From the IMG/VR virus record IMGVR_UViG_3300022750_000001, positions 1-64,000 of that record: DNA of 64,000 nucleotides. One strand, 5' to 3'. The DNA comes from a virus. Both the position numbers and the translations under genes were made by a program. How positions within the stretch are numbered: position 1 is the first letter of the stretch; every line of letters begins with the position of its first letter. Of this stretch, positions 30,901 to 40,500 are shown one piece after another. Under the pieces are notes generated by a model, which made no database searches, was not told where the DNA came from, and worked only from the letters and a program-made list of their open reading frames with translations.

Positions 30901-33900
30901 TGGCATCTCTGTAGCTACCGATACTGTTAGTGATTTAATTAAGAATGGTGTATATGTAAATGAAGGTACTAAACCAGTTAAGTTTCCTTATAACAAGATG
31001 TTTACTAAGTCTGCTGATACAGCAGGAGTGTTTGGTGCATTAGCTAGGAAGCTAGAGTTAATGGTAGCGGCTACTGATACAGATTTTGTAGAGAATGATT
31101 CTATTAGTCCATTTGAAAATACAACTGGCTCACTTGGTAAACTTGCCAATATAGAGTCTAAATATTCTTTAAATGTGACCACAAATTCTTTCAGAGATGG
31201 AACAAAATCTATTTATGGATATACTCCATCAAAATTTGCTACAAGCTTCTTAAATCAGCTTAAAACAGATTCCCAAATATTAGAAAATAAAAAGCAAATT
31301 GCTTTCGACCAAAATAGTTATCTGATTGATTTACTTCAATCTGATGAAGACTTTGCAGCTAAGTTTAATATAGACCATTTAGGCATCAATGCTTTTAAAG
31401 AATTAGGTAAGAAGTTATATGCAGATAATGAAATACAAGGTTTAGCTGATGCTGACCATGAGGCTACTAAGTTAGGTATGTTTCAGGATAAGCAACAGGG
31501 TGAAGTTAAATCCAAATCAGTAATAGTAGATGGTATTAAACATGAACTTCCTTTTAGAATGGCACGTATGTTTTTCCCAACTATGTCAGATAAGAAAGCC
31601 ATGCTTAGTATCTCTACTGCTGTATTGGAACTTAAAGCTAAACACCTAGAGTTTGTTGATGGTAGAACTATTATCTCACCTGAGATTAAATCATTCTTGT
31701 CTAGTCAGTTAATCGAGCCTGAGTTAAAAAGAATACTTGCACATCATAAGAGAGCAAAAGAATTAGGTCTTCATCCTAATCAAGTTAATAATCAAAAAGG
31801 TTATAACTTAGGGGCGCAGATATTTACTATGATACCTGCAATGAATAATCTAATGTACACTAAATCTAATGGTGAACAAGAGAGACTTATAGAGTATGTA
31901 GCTAACAATGCACAAGCTATAACTCCTGAGGTATACTCTAATATCTTAGGTGCTATTAGAGAAGATAGTAATCTACTATTAGACAATATGTTTAACCAAC
32001 TTGTAGAAGATAAGTTAGCTGTGTGGGAATCTAATGGTTACTTTACTAAGAATCAAGTTAATCAAATAACAGGAGTTAAGTTCTTAGATAATGCATATCT
32101 TAATAGTAAGCAGGGTACATTAGAAGACAAACTCAGAATAGGTGCATTTGATTATGTTATTAACTCTGCTCTAACTAATGCTAATATGCATATGTTAGTT
32201 GTAGGGGATGTTGCTAACTACTCCCAAGATAAAGCTTTCAAGAATGGTTTTGAGAAAGACTTTGATGGTAATGTATTACCTTACAAGCCTACTAACAATA
32301 GTAGATACTCAACTATTATGTCTGACATCATAGGTGTTAACTTAGGCAAACGCCTAGCTTTACTTATAGCCCCAGGTGCAACTATTGCTCAATCTAAGAA
32401 TGATAGGTATGTGCAGTTGTTTATCAAGGATAGGGTATCAGTATCTAGTAATATAGAATACTTAGTAGAATTATATAATGGTAGAGAAGCTTTAAGAGAT
32501 GCTCAAGCTGATATAGATTTAGCTAAAGCAGGTGATGAAAAAGCTAGAAGAGGTTTGATGAAGAAGTTTCCTCAATTAGATGCTTACTTTGATATTGAAT
32601 CTACAGATGCTCAAGAGTATACTACTACTAAAGAACATTTAGATATTCAGTTTAGACAAGGTAGAATATCTGTAGAGGAATACAATGACTTTACTAAGAG
32701 AATAAACAATCAGAAAGAGTCTGAAAGAAAAGGTCAGATGATTAATGCAGAAGATTACTTATCTGATGCTGAACTTAAGATGATATTCCAACCTATTAAA
32801 CCAGTATATACAGGTCAGATTAATGATGTGACTAATGGTAATAGTAGAATGATGTACATCAAATCATCTTCGTTTCCTTTGATACCTCAATTAACTAAAG
32901 CTTTTCCTGCCCTTGATGGTCTTAGGAGAAAGATGGAAGAAATTGAAACTTTGTATGGTAGAAATGTTAGAGCATCTTATGATACTGCTAATAAGGTTGG
33001 TGCTGTATTAGATAAAAACCAATTAGACATTTGGGATGCTCAAGGTAACTTTAGAGAAGACTCTATTAACCCACAAGATATTGTGGATAAACTTAATAGT
33101 GGAGATGATACTTCAGCCTTAGTATTAGATAGACAATTCTTTAGAATACAACAGGATGTACCATTCAAGTCTACTAAGCATGACCACATTGATAATGTTA
33201 CTGTAGGTACACAGATGATGAAGTTAATGTTTGGTGATGGTGTATCTAATATTACTGAGAAGATATTTACTTTTAATGGTCAGCCTATTAGTGGTAAAGC
33301 ATTACACTCTCATTATAATAAATCATTTGAAGGTTGGATTAACAATGAAAAATCTAAACTATATGAAAGCTTAGGTATAGATGAGTCTACTGGTAAGCCT
33401 GTAGATAAAGTTAAGACTGTACAGAAGTTACAAAACATGCTACAGTTAGAGGCTAAGAAAAGAGGTTTCCCTAAACAAGATATAGAAGCCCTAGAGTTAG
33501 ATATAGACTCTGATGCAACTAATCCTCAGTTCACTATACCTTTGTGGTTGTCTCCTAACAGTAACAGATATGAGGCACTACTAAATGCTATCGTAACTAA
33601 CAGATTATTAAACCTTAAACTGCCAGGAGCATCATTTGTTGCAGGTTCAGAAGAGGGATTTAAGTTTTCTGAAGATATTAACTCTGTAGACCAATCTAAA
33701 GTAATCTTTACTAATGGTTGGGTAGGGGAACTTAAGGGTACTAGGAATGAAGATGGTACTTTCAAGACTGCTCAAGTGTTAATGCCATCTAAGTTCAGAG
33801 ATAGTAATGGTAAACTATTAGACTTATTTAAACAAGAGAATGGTGAGTATGTATATGTAACTCAGAAAGATAATGGTACATATATGTTAAATCAGAATAT

Positions 33901-36900
33901 GATTGATAGTGAATTACTAAGTAATCCTTCCTTCCGTATTCCAACATCTTCACATGTGTCTCTATCTCAAATAGAAATAGTAGGTATACTACCAACAGAG
34001 GTTGGAGATTTAATGATAGTACCTAAGAACTTTACCAAACAAAAAGGTCTTGACTTTGATGTGGATAAAGAGAACATGTATATGTTACACCATATTGTTG
34101 ATTCTAATGGTAAATTAATTAGACTAGAGGATAACGAAGATGGTATCACCGTTGATAATATAGATGAAGCCGTAACTGAATTACAAGAGTTAATTGAATT
34201 ACAGAGACCTATTATTGAACAAAATGCTGATATTAAGAAACAAATCAGAGAGTATGAGAATGAAATAGCTGTATTAGAAGAGATGGATTTCCCATCTAAG
34301 GATGCTAAGAGATTTATTAAACAACTTAAAGAAGAGGTTAACTATAATGTAACTGCTAAAGACTTTAAGGATATGGTTAAGTTACTTAAGGATTATAAAG
34401 ACCTTAAGACTCAACTATATCAGAATGAGATTATCAAAGCATACTCTTCTGTATTATCATCAAGTGATGATAGAATACAAAGAAAGATTAATAAAGTACT
34501 ATCTACAGACTTTGCTGAAGAGCAAGCTAACTTAATTAGTGGTCTTACTAATCTTGAGGTTGATAGCTCTAACTTCACTATCTTATCTGATGAGTATCAG
34601 AAACAAAAGATGGGACTAGGTGCAGCAGGTAAATTAGGTATTGGAGTTTACTCTAATGCAGTTGTATTACATTCATTAATACAACAATCTACTGGTATCA
34701 GTTTAATGGAAAAAGTAGAAGTTGAAACACCTGATGGACCTAAATCTATATGGCAACCATATACTTTGAACTTAGGTGGTATTATATCTAATGGTAAACT
34801 AGGTAGAGAAGAAACTTTAGATGGAGATAGACGTTTAACTGATGTACTTGCTGAGAGACAAAATACTGCAACAGATAATGAGAAGTTACAGATTATGGGT
34901 AAGGCTCACATCAATGAGTTAACTATTAATGTTGACACCATTCTTTCACTCTTAGGGTATGATAAAAGTAAAGAAGCTGTTAATATTAACGGCATTAATA
35001 CTAAGATGTCTATTCCTTACTTACTATTATCTCAACCAATTATTAAAGATTGGGTTGCTTTAACCCGTAATACTAAATCTAATTTAGCAGGGTATAATCC
35101 TAATGCAGCTTCAGAGGTAGAAGCTAAGTTATGGGAGAAGTATAATTTCAAAGAGTTAAACAAAGAATTTGAAAACTATGATGAGAATTTAGTTACACTT
35201 ATCTCAGAACTAACTGCACAGAAACTAGTAGATAATATACTTGAGAATGGTAATGACTCTGAGTCACAGTTTGCTGTCTTAGAATTATTTAAACAATTAC
35301 AAGCTTATGGAGAAGACATCACAGGTCTACAATCTAAATTGAATATACAACGTTCAGGTCTAGGTAAATCCACTTATGAGATGTTATCTAAGTATGATAA
35401 TGTTAAATCATTAGCTTATAATCCTAGGATTAGTAATATAGCAAACTTAGTAGGTGAGTATTTAATCAATGATGATTATAACCCTGATGACAGACAACAA
35501 TTAGTTGAAGAGGGTTATACTATATTTGATGATGATAAATTCTCAGCACCATTTGCAGTTAAGCCTAATACAGTTACAGGTAGTCTTGTAGTACAAGCTG
35601 CTAAATCAGGTTATGAATTATGGAATGATTACTTCCCACATAACAATGGTAGCTTGAAACAAGTTATGACTGAGATTATGGAGACTATGTCTAGTGAGGA
35701 GTTAAGTGAATCTAAGAAACTTAAAACTCAACATGAAGTATTTGCTGAGTTAAAGAAATACTTATACTCATCAGGTCAACTAGGTATCTTTAAAGGTAAT
35801 CCTCAAGCAGAGAGATTTAGATTATTCTTTGATAAAGAGGGTAATCAATCTTTGGCTAGTTACTTATCAGCTTTCTTAAGGTCAGACCATGCTAATAAAG
35901 ACTTTCTAACTAATAATAAATTAATTAGTGGTTTCACTTTTGGTTTAGAGCAAGGTAAGTTACCATCTTTAGTTAAATATAACAATGCTAGAGGTGAGGA
36001 CTTTAATGAAGAGTATAAGTACTTAGCTTTAGTTGAGTTAATGGATAAGAACTTACCAATAGCTGACTATAACGGTCAACCCTATACTACTAGAATGTTA
36101 GCTAAAGATTTAATTACTTATAGCTTTATCCAAGGTGGAGTACAAGAAGCTATTGAGTTTGTTAAATATATACCAGTAGCTTATCTTAAACAGATGGGGT
36201 TTGCTGATGTAACTCAAGCTTGGCAGAAGTCAGCTATAGGTCAATTCAGAGTTGATATATGGCATCAAATGTTAGGAGTTAAGTCAGAAGACTCACCTAT
36301 ACCAACTCCATCAAGATTTGTTGCTCAATACTTCCAAAACAATCCTGCTAAGTTACCTAAGTTGACTACAGAGGATATGGATAGTAATAGCTTAATTTAT
36401 GGTAAGGAAAAAACTTTAGAAGACCTTCAATCATTTAAGATTAAAGACCCTAAAGACATTAGACCTATGGTAGCTATATATAATACTAAAGTACCTAAAG
36501 GTTTCTCTAAGTTACAGATATATACTTGGAATGGTAAACAGTATAATAGAACAGCTAACTTAGGTGTGTTTGGTATGGCTGAGTATTCAGTTAGAGATAA
36601 TAATGTTGAGCCATTAATTGATGCTAAGTATGTAGTACCAACTGATGTTGCACCTGCTATACAGAATAATCCTATTCCGTTAGGGCAAAGTGACGTATTT
36701 GATTTAGCTAAGGGTAGTCTTACTAATAGTTTAGGTATGATGGTAGACAATGCTGACCATTACTATCCTGGGATTTCAGAGGTAGCTAAAGCATTAACTC
36801 CTTATATAAACAATAACACTAAACTCGAAATAGGTATAGTTAATGGTGGAAAATCAAGAGGTGTTTTCTTAGGGAACACAATCACTATAGATAAGGGCTA

Positions 36901-37570
36901 CCTTTCAAATCCTAAGGTTTCTAATGAAATGGTGGCTAGGACATTGTTGCATGAAACTACCCATTCGTTAGTGTCACCAGTGCTTAATGAGTATTTCAAC
37001 TCTAATGGTTCTATCATTAAGCCGTTGTCCCCTAACGTAGAGAGATTATCCCGACTCTTCTCTGAAGTTCAGACTAAGCTTGGACCTCAACTAGAAGAGT
37101 TTAAACAATGGTATGCTACTAACCCAGGTACAGTTAGAACCGAAGCTGATAGAATACTATATGCAGGTATGGATATACATGAGTTTACTACCATGATTAT
37201 GTCAGAACCTGCACTGCAAAAACTATTAGCTGATACACCTAGCAGTACAGCAGGTAAGAGTTTACTACAACAGTTTGTAGATACTTTGAAAAGAGTATTA
37301 TCAGAGTTAGGTTTAAACTTTAAAGAAGATAGTATTACAGCACAAGCTATGGATGCAGTCTTCTCAATTATTCAAGATGAAGTTCAAAAACCTGCCGTAA
37401 CTACAAATCCTTTTAGTAATTTTGGAATAATGGAATCATCTGAGGATGAAAATCTTGGCAAATTACTAGATGATGAAGATGCTAAAGATAACTCAAAAGA
37501 TGAAACAGGGTTCTTAGACCCTAACACTATAGACAATAGTGAAGTAACAGAGGAAGATTGTATATTCTAA
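24947..37570 (+). CDS. giant virion-associated protein with two-barrel (DPBB) RNA polymerase core and C-terminal HExxH zincin motif
   Basis: Uninterrupted 4207-aa ORF. aa ~2885-3050 match the beta-prime/Rpb1 catalytic barrel: LKLPGASFVAGSE, AQVLMPSKF, FRIPTSSHVSLSQIEIVGILP and GLDFDVDKENMYMLHH. D3036, D3038 and D3040 map to nt 34052-34066. HETTH lies at aa 4002-4006 (nt 36950-36964). Gly-zipper-like hydrophobic stretches occur near the N-terminus. Confidence 0.65.
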   Translation: MGKQHILDLLEGDNTPPSNPLKPISQANPYGSKQFLDSQKVGSSVAEARSGKKAKDYIAYIPQVDIDNPNLDAIRATNQTGAEQFGNSLAQFGTGVAGGFITSLGTSLDIDQSIGTIKGVQQEFGNAVTEFGKTLMENAKEDNPIYQTEQGEVNPGDSGWWAQMFADTGLSAGIMAYSALETIAIGAATAGIGEAAEAALMSKRVQTFKNMLGGITESGNLASKMRRNATAFGVFNRHNEGMMEAADSFETTYKDLLDKKVPEEQAKEAAAKAAQDTYLGNLPLMALDILQFRAMTFNPISGGANGGIVESVLSGIKNPKVAQGIGHTFGMLSEGGEEYWQALVQDESKHSADVLAGRDDKSSFGERFSEFNRKGDTWNATISGIFGGAILGGISHGIGKATESRNTKELNKNYDDFIKSSTGIGVEMADDIRAAEETGDEVHANNLRRKMGVTKALQAVHLDNMKDDSKAFDSYTGYLNDVLGAVQSNDTDFLKENGLEGSEDFIASNFPSFIADAREIQSIYDTVKVNNAREAVPNIVFRQYALNNLNNEKVSVDQKIGDLQAQMPDLSNISNPGKEINDLQVFQSLANSKLKFLNSQLKSEKLTQVQKDGLTAQVEDLNARLTEAEEQLAIQKEIASNLSPRQQILDNEVLKSVNLNAQLKKLTAQKIDIESEITKTRKEMNTWSDPVFQKKNAQERLYQVIEDVDNLSDLNNFEASTIQQGLATDDINRRIQAKRKELNAQDEATRLKNTPSVTATPQAGTAPINNILGATTEVEEEEQPAAGTGLFGNVLPADEEPANAPVVKPTINPIRSQLGATIVSNDVADLFGSPIAETDPRKKALSELPYSMTEDAVMVDNIPRLKSDVDRINAEFDAKEVKPLDNSEVSSKATVVEDEGFSWFDPSVLNDNLSDEQKENVRQKISDYYTSMAAELGRKPSFKELVEDLMLHTSPEQVEKQFNAIRLGWELNNYANTNFNQVYNELFGTRKSKAKDFFDYIEESKITEQELKEEQQVLTEKIEQEQAAPLQIEETETGQKVYKHLQPFKTVESTLKFAHLSVPYERFFNENEQGEIEIDYRYTSDSLNQGQYVDSKELMNPNLYQPGTKLDVKVPTESNDMLVAQWSEDYEKRDSISFSKWAVGKDKNSDEYVGKVPMIIYNSEGKGVAFVHDVDWYNPTNVGYGEKPGQQKQLIEQSRKELLEFRRGVLENGSSSITVTEKRPGTMITIPMNQPTITVAQANPQALLGYTNSNGNLVTNEGIINFEDLVNAQDLSIGHRYDARQVGLVDGRKQYVASKVMYEYIDGEAKSSIVMAIKTYMAQLDTKEEFAKASEIKVIRDSIKNQTNLDLFDQADLQTYLGNFIQVFNSNAKTNKGIADDINSREGVPDGTPFLSISEGRVVMGLKNGKLNPKDESNGFALYLHPQNLTKSNSALLANIAATNLARIFRGQSIGNGQFVDDYLGKMKQNMTSKQLETNPNVATIGLDNKVTPVGDYSTYLKGKLKTNVKSFDLGDGNYATFVQPVIHYSYSGQSTSLGNNIETEPSPREVAKEIAKSITKNIDTTASTIAAIQADMENFENLGLTPEAMQALRELGGAKFDPDYAKLTDDIVQSIKVKLTKVEDLNIVDRNTVVQFIANEVMNKIDPVKRTTLNKKDLEADIRKTFGDIISPKVAVVDRQLANLNKLYETGNYPALKEVIDQFNNLRGNAEVLKKNWNFLINEAFEDYISKFTGISITMSRDQKTVDIEVKDEEEVAEINEQEDGQDTDEAIVIDAADQREKDYTRESVEDNGKQSASYLLKRFLSQIPNYDTNGSTKKGYMGLTTYPGFDYYYTLIGSILSSPNQVDSNFDAMMDRLEQHAETKRWVKDVVDKMKASDEQMKNTFMYNFNRETLSMKFVMTSFNKKTESYKLKVYDTNANEVLRVIQSQWRENFKQSPLVMVNGDNYGINKVTAQEMLDQFNNWVTSKQLPAEVEAQKWLEKFGISVATDTVSDLIKNGVYVNEGTKPVKFPYNKMFTKSADTAGVFGALARKLELMVAATDTDFVENDSISPFENTTGSLGKLANIESKYSLNVTTNSFRDGTKSIYGYTPSKFATSFLNQLKTDSQILENKKQIAFDQNSYLIDLLQSDEDFAAKFNIDHLGINAFKELGKKLYADNEIQGLADADHEATKLGMFQDKQQGEVKSKSVIVDGIKHELPFRMARMFFPTMSDKKAMLSISTAVLELKAKHLEFVDGRTIISPEIKSFLSSQLIEPELKRILAHHKRAKELGLHPNQVNNQKGYNLGAQIFTMIPAMNNLMYTKSNGEQERLIEYVANNAQAITPEVYSNILGAIREDSNLLLDNMFNQLVEDKLAVWESNGYFTKNQVNQITGVKFLDNAYLNSKQGTLEDKLRIGAFDYVINSALTNANMHMLVVGDVANYSQDKAFKNGFEKDFDGNVLPYKPTNNSRYSTIMSDIIGVNLGKRLALLIAPGATIAQSKNDRYVQLFIKDRVSVSSNIEYLVELYNGREALRDAQADIDLAKAGDEKARRGLMKKFPQLDAYFDIESTDAQEYTTTKEHLDIQFRQGRISVEEYNDFTKRINNQKESERKGQMINAEDYLSDAELKMIFQPIKPVYTGQINDVTNGNSRMMYIKSSSFPLIPQLTKAFPALDGLRRKMEEIETLYGRNVRASYDTANKVGAVLDKNQLDIWDAQGNFREDSINPQDIVDKLNSGDDTSALVLDRQFFRIQQDVPFKSTKHDHIDNVTVGTQMMKLMFGDGVSNITEKIFTFNGQPISGKALHSHYNKSFEGWINNEKSKLYESLGIDESTGKPVDKVKTVQKLQNMLQLEAKKRGFPKQDIEALELDIDSDATNPQFTIPLWLSPNSNRYEALLNAIVTNRLLNLKLPGASFVAGSEEGFKFSEDINSVDQSKVIFTNGWVGELKGTRNEDGTFKTAQVLMPSKFRDSNGKLLDLFKQENGEYVYVTQKDNGTYMLNQNMIDSELLSNPSFRIPTSSHVSLSQIEIVGILPTEVGDLMIVPKNFTKQKGLDFDVDKENMYMLHHIVDSNGKLIRLEDNEDGITVDNIDEAVTELQELIELQRPIIEQNADIKKQIREYENEIAVLEEMDFPSKDAKRFIKQLKEEVNYNVTAKDFKDMVKLLKDYKDLKTQLYQNEIIKAYSSVLSSSDDRIQRKINKVLSTDFAEEQANLISGLTNLEVDSSNFTILSDEYQKQKMGLGAAGKLGIGVYSNAVVLHSLIQQSTGISLMEKVEVETPDGPKSIWQPYTLNLGGIISNGKLGREETLDGDRRLTDVLAERQNTATDNEKLQIMGKAHINELTINVDTILSLLGYDKSKEAVNINGINTKMSIPYLLLSQPIIKDWVALTRNTKSNLAGYNPNAASEVEAKLWEKYNFKELNKEFENYDENLVTLISELTAQKLVDNILENGNDSESQFAVLELFKQLQAYGEDITGLQSKLNIQRSGLGKSTYEMLSKYDNVKSLAYNPRISNIANLVGEYLINDDYNPDDRQQLVEEGYTIFDDDKFSAPFAVKPNTVTGSLVVQAAKSGYELWNDYFPHNNGSLKQVMTEIMETMSSEELSESKKLKTQHEVFAELKKYLYSSGQLGIFKGNPQAERFRLFFDKEGNQSLASYLSAFLRSDHANKDFLTNNKLISGFTFGLEQGKLPSLVKYNNARGEDFNEEYKYLALVELMDKNLPIADYNGQPYTTRMLAKDLITYSFIQGGVQEAIEFVKYIPVAYLKQMGFADVTQAWQKSAIGQFRVDIWHQMLGVKSEDSPIPTPSRFVAQYFQNNPAKLPKLTTEDMDSNSLIYGKEKTLEDLQSFKIKDPKDIRPMVAIYNTKVPKGFSKLQIYTWNGKQYNRTANLGVFGMAEYSVRDNNVEPLIDAKYVVPTDVAPAIQNNPIPLGQSDVFDLAKGSLTNSLGMMVDNADHYYPGISEVAKALTPYINNNTKLEIGIVNGGKSRGVFLGNTITIDKGYLSNPKVSNEMVARTLLHETTHSLVSPVLNEYFNSNGSIIKPLSPNVERLSRLFSEVQTKLGPQLEEFKQWYATNPGTVRTEADRILYAGMDIHEFTTMIMSEPALQKLLADTPSSTAGKSLLQQFVDTLKRVLSELGLNFKEDSITAQAMDAVFSIIQDEVQKPAVTTNPFSNFGIMESSEDENLGKLLDDEDAKDNSKDETGFLDPNTIDNSEVTEEDCIF

Positions 37571-37580
37571 ACTAAAGATA

Positions 37581-40500
37581 ATGGCTAAGAGTTGTGGTAA
37601 TATTACCAATAACTTTGCAAAAACAAATGCAAAGAATGAATTAGTTAAAGTAGGGGCTATTGATGTATATAATAATATACTAGATGAGTCTCTACTTAGA
37701 CAACAACAAAAAAGGTTTAGAGACCATGCTATTAATAAGTATGGATTCAGGGCAGACTTTATTGTTCAAGATGATGCTAACTTTAGTAAGATAGTATTCA
37801 ACGTGGCAGCATTTAAAGCTGTTGATGTACTTAACAATAAAGATACTGTAGCACTAATTGATAATAAAACTCAAAGCTATATAACTCAAGCTAGACTTAA
37901 TCAGCAACCAAGGTTTGAACCTGCATTTGATTCTATGTTTGATGCAAGTACAGCCCCTGCTGATAGAAGTGTGCCTACTCAAGGTTTAACTAGAATGGTT
38001 ACTCTTAAGGAGTCCTTATTATCTAGGGCAAAGAGAAGACAAGTTATAGTTAGTACTGAACTAAGGAATAGTAAGGATAATGTAGCTGACTATAATAGAT
38101 TATTTGCATTAAAACAAACTTTAGATACTAGGATAGCTAGCTTAGAGGATGAGATAATCCAACTTAATAGGATAGATACTAGAGCGCCTGAGATTATAGC
38201 ACCATATATAGTTGGTGAACTAGATAGGCTTGCAGAGTTAACTAAATCTATTGACCCTGCTGACATCAAAGAAGCTAAGGATATTATCAAGTTCATTAGA
38301 GATATAGCTGAGTTTGATGCTCAGATTATAGAACAGAATCCATTAGGACATCCTCTATATCTTAAGGGTGAATTATATGATGCTGAGGGTAACTTCTTAT
38401 TAACTGATGCTATGATACAGCCTTATAAAGATTGGGCTGAGATTGCTAAGCAGTATAATGATAAGTTAGCTATACAAGAGGTAAGACTTATAGAGAATAC
38501 ATTCAATGCCAATCAGAAGATACAACAGATGTTTGGCAAACAGTTTACCTACTCTGATATTATAGGTCAAGGTCTTAAGGATGCTTCATGGATTGACTCT
38601 ATGGTTATGGATATAGCAGCAGGTATTACATCTCAAAATGGATTACTTGCACAAGTTATAAAAAATACTGTAGATAATAACTTTGAAAAACACTTTGCTT
38701 GGGCCAAAGAGATAGAAGAAAAGATTAATAATCTAACACCACAAGCTTCTGAAGAACTTAAAAAAATGGGGTATAGCCTCAATGGACTAGGTATATTAGG
38801 GGTGAATGGTGTTAGTTATGATTTGTTTAAACAGATTATACCTAATACTAATAATCAATCTAGTGGTAATATAGTACACAAGTACTCATACAAGTGGTTT
38901 GAGAATAGGTCTGAGATGAGTAACTTCTTTCAGAAACAGATGGATAACATACATGTACTATATGCTAATGCAGATGATAGAAGAAATGCTTATCAAAATG
39001 CTATAGCTAATAGAAATAACTGGTATGCTAAGAATACTAAGTCTTTAGACCCATCATTATTATCTAGTATAATCAATGACCCTGAGTTTGCAAGCTTATT
39101 AGAAAACTTCAGTACAGATACAGCAGCTATAGAAGCACATGAGAATGAACTTAAAGCTATAGTTGGTGAAGACCACTTGAATAAGGTAGTAGATGCTCAG
39201 AAGATTAAGTTAAGGCAATACTTATCTCAAAAGGAGATTGTACTACAAGATTTATTTGCTGAGGATGCCGTAACAGATGTGGCTAATCTTACTGCCTTAG
39301 GGAAAAGAAAGCTAGATATATGGGAAGCAGAACATAATCCTTTCTTAGGTATTACTTATAGAACATCAGGTCAACCTTTCTTTGTAGGTACTTATGCCTA
39401 TCATTCTAAGTTTGAGTTCAATGAGTATGTACCTAATAAAGCTGATTACTATGATGCCAACTATGCTAAAATAGAAGCTAACCCTAAACTTAAGGAGTTC
39501 TATGATGCAGTGTATGAGGCTACATCAGGTATGAAACAAAGGTTTTCTTTTGATGTTCAACAGAAAATATCGGCTACTTCTATACCTTTCTTACAGAAAA
39601 GTATTATTGAGATATTAACTGATAAAGACTTGACTTTTCATCAGGCTATATCTAAGATATTCAGAGAGATTATTGATAAGATACAGAGTATGTTTACTAT
39701 CAATAAAGAAGACCAATTCTCTTATGCTAAGACTGACCCTAATACAGGTATACCTAACTATCAAGTTAGTGACCAATTTATTAGTCAGAACTTAGATAAG
39801 ATTAATGAGAAGTTCTTTATTAATAGTGTAATAGTATCAGGTCAAATAGGTCTTAAGAAGATTACTAGATTTACAGGTCTTAATCAGGCTAAGATGGACG
39901 ATGGTTTCATAGCCGAGTTCACTCAACAGTATCTAGGTAGAAGACTAACAAGAGAAGACCTAGTAAAAGAGTTTGGTCAGGTTATACCATTAGGTAAGAT
40001 TATATATAGAAATGCTCAACATGAGATAGCTAAAGAAAAATCATTTGATTTACCTAAAGTTATTAAGTTATACTCACACCTAGCAGCCCAGTATTCAGCT
40101 AGACAAGAGATGTTACCTCTTGTTGAGATGATGAAGCAGAACTATCAGCAGATTAAAGATGAGAAGACTAATAATATTGGTGAAGCTATCTTAAACTATA
40201 CAGGTTTAAATAAAGAAACTGGTAACAAAGATGGTGCTAAAAGATTAGGTGGACTAAGAGATAACGCTAACAAACAAGTGGAAAATTGGTTTGAGAGAGT
40301 TGTGCTTGGTAATTTTGGTCTTAGGAAACAGTATGGTGTTATTAAGGGTACTAAGTATGTTGACCAAAAATATCTTACTACTAAAGAAAGAGAGACTAAG
40401 TCTCAAGCAGAGGATGCTATAGAAGCCTTAGTTGGTAGAGATGAAAATGGTAAACTTAACTCTCCCGCAGGATTAAGTGAAGAGTCTTTAGCTAAGTACA

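Noticed and set aside
34052-34066. Concern that DFDVD is a chance DxDxD in a 4207-aa Asp-rich protein.
   Set aside because: The concern is rejected and the finding is kept. A bare DxDxD is indeed expected roughly once by chance at this length. However, the motif is embedded in about 160 aa that follow the beta-prime barrel pattern in order, so the call does not rest on the triad alone.
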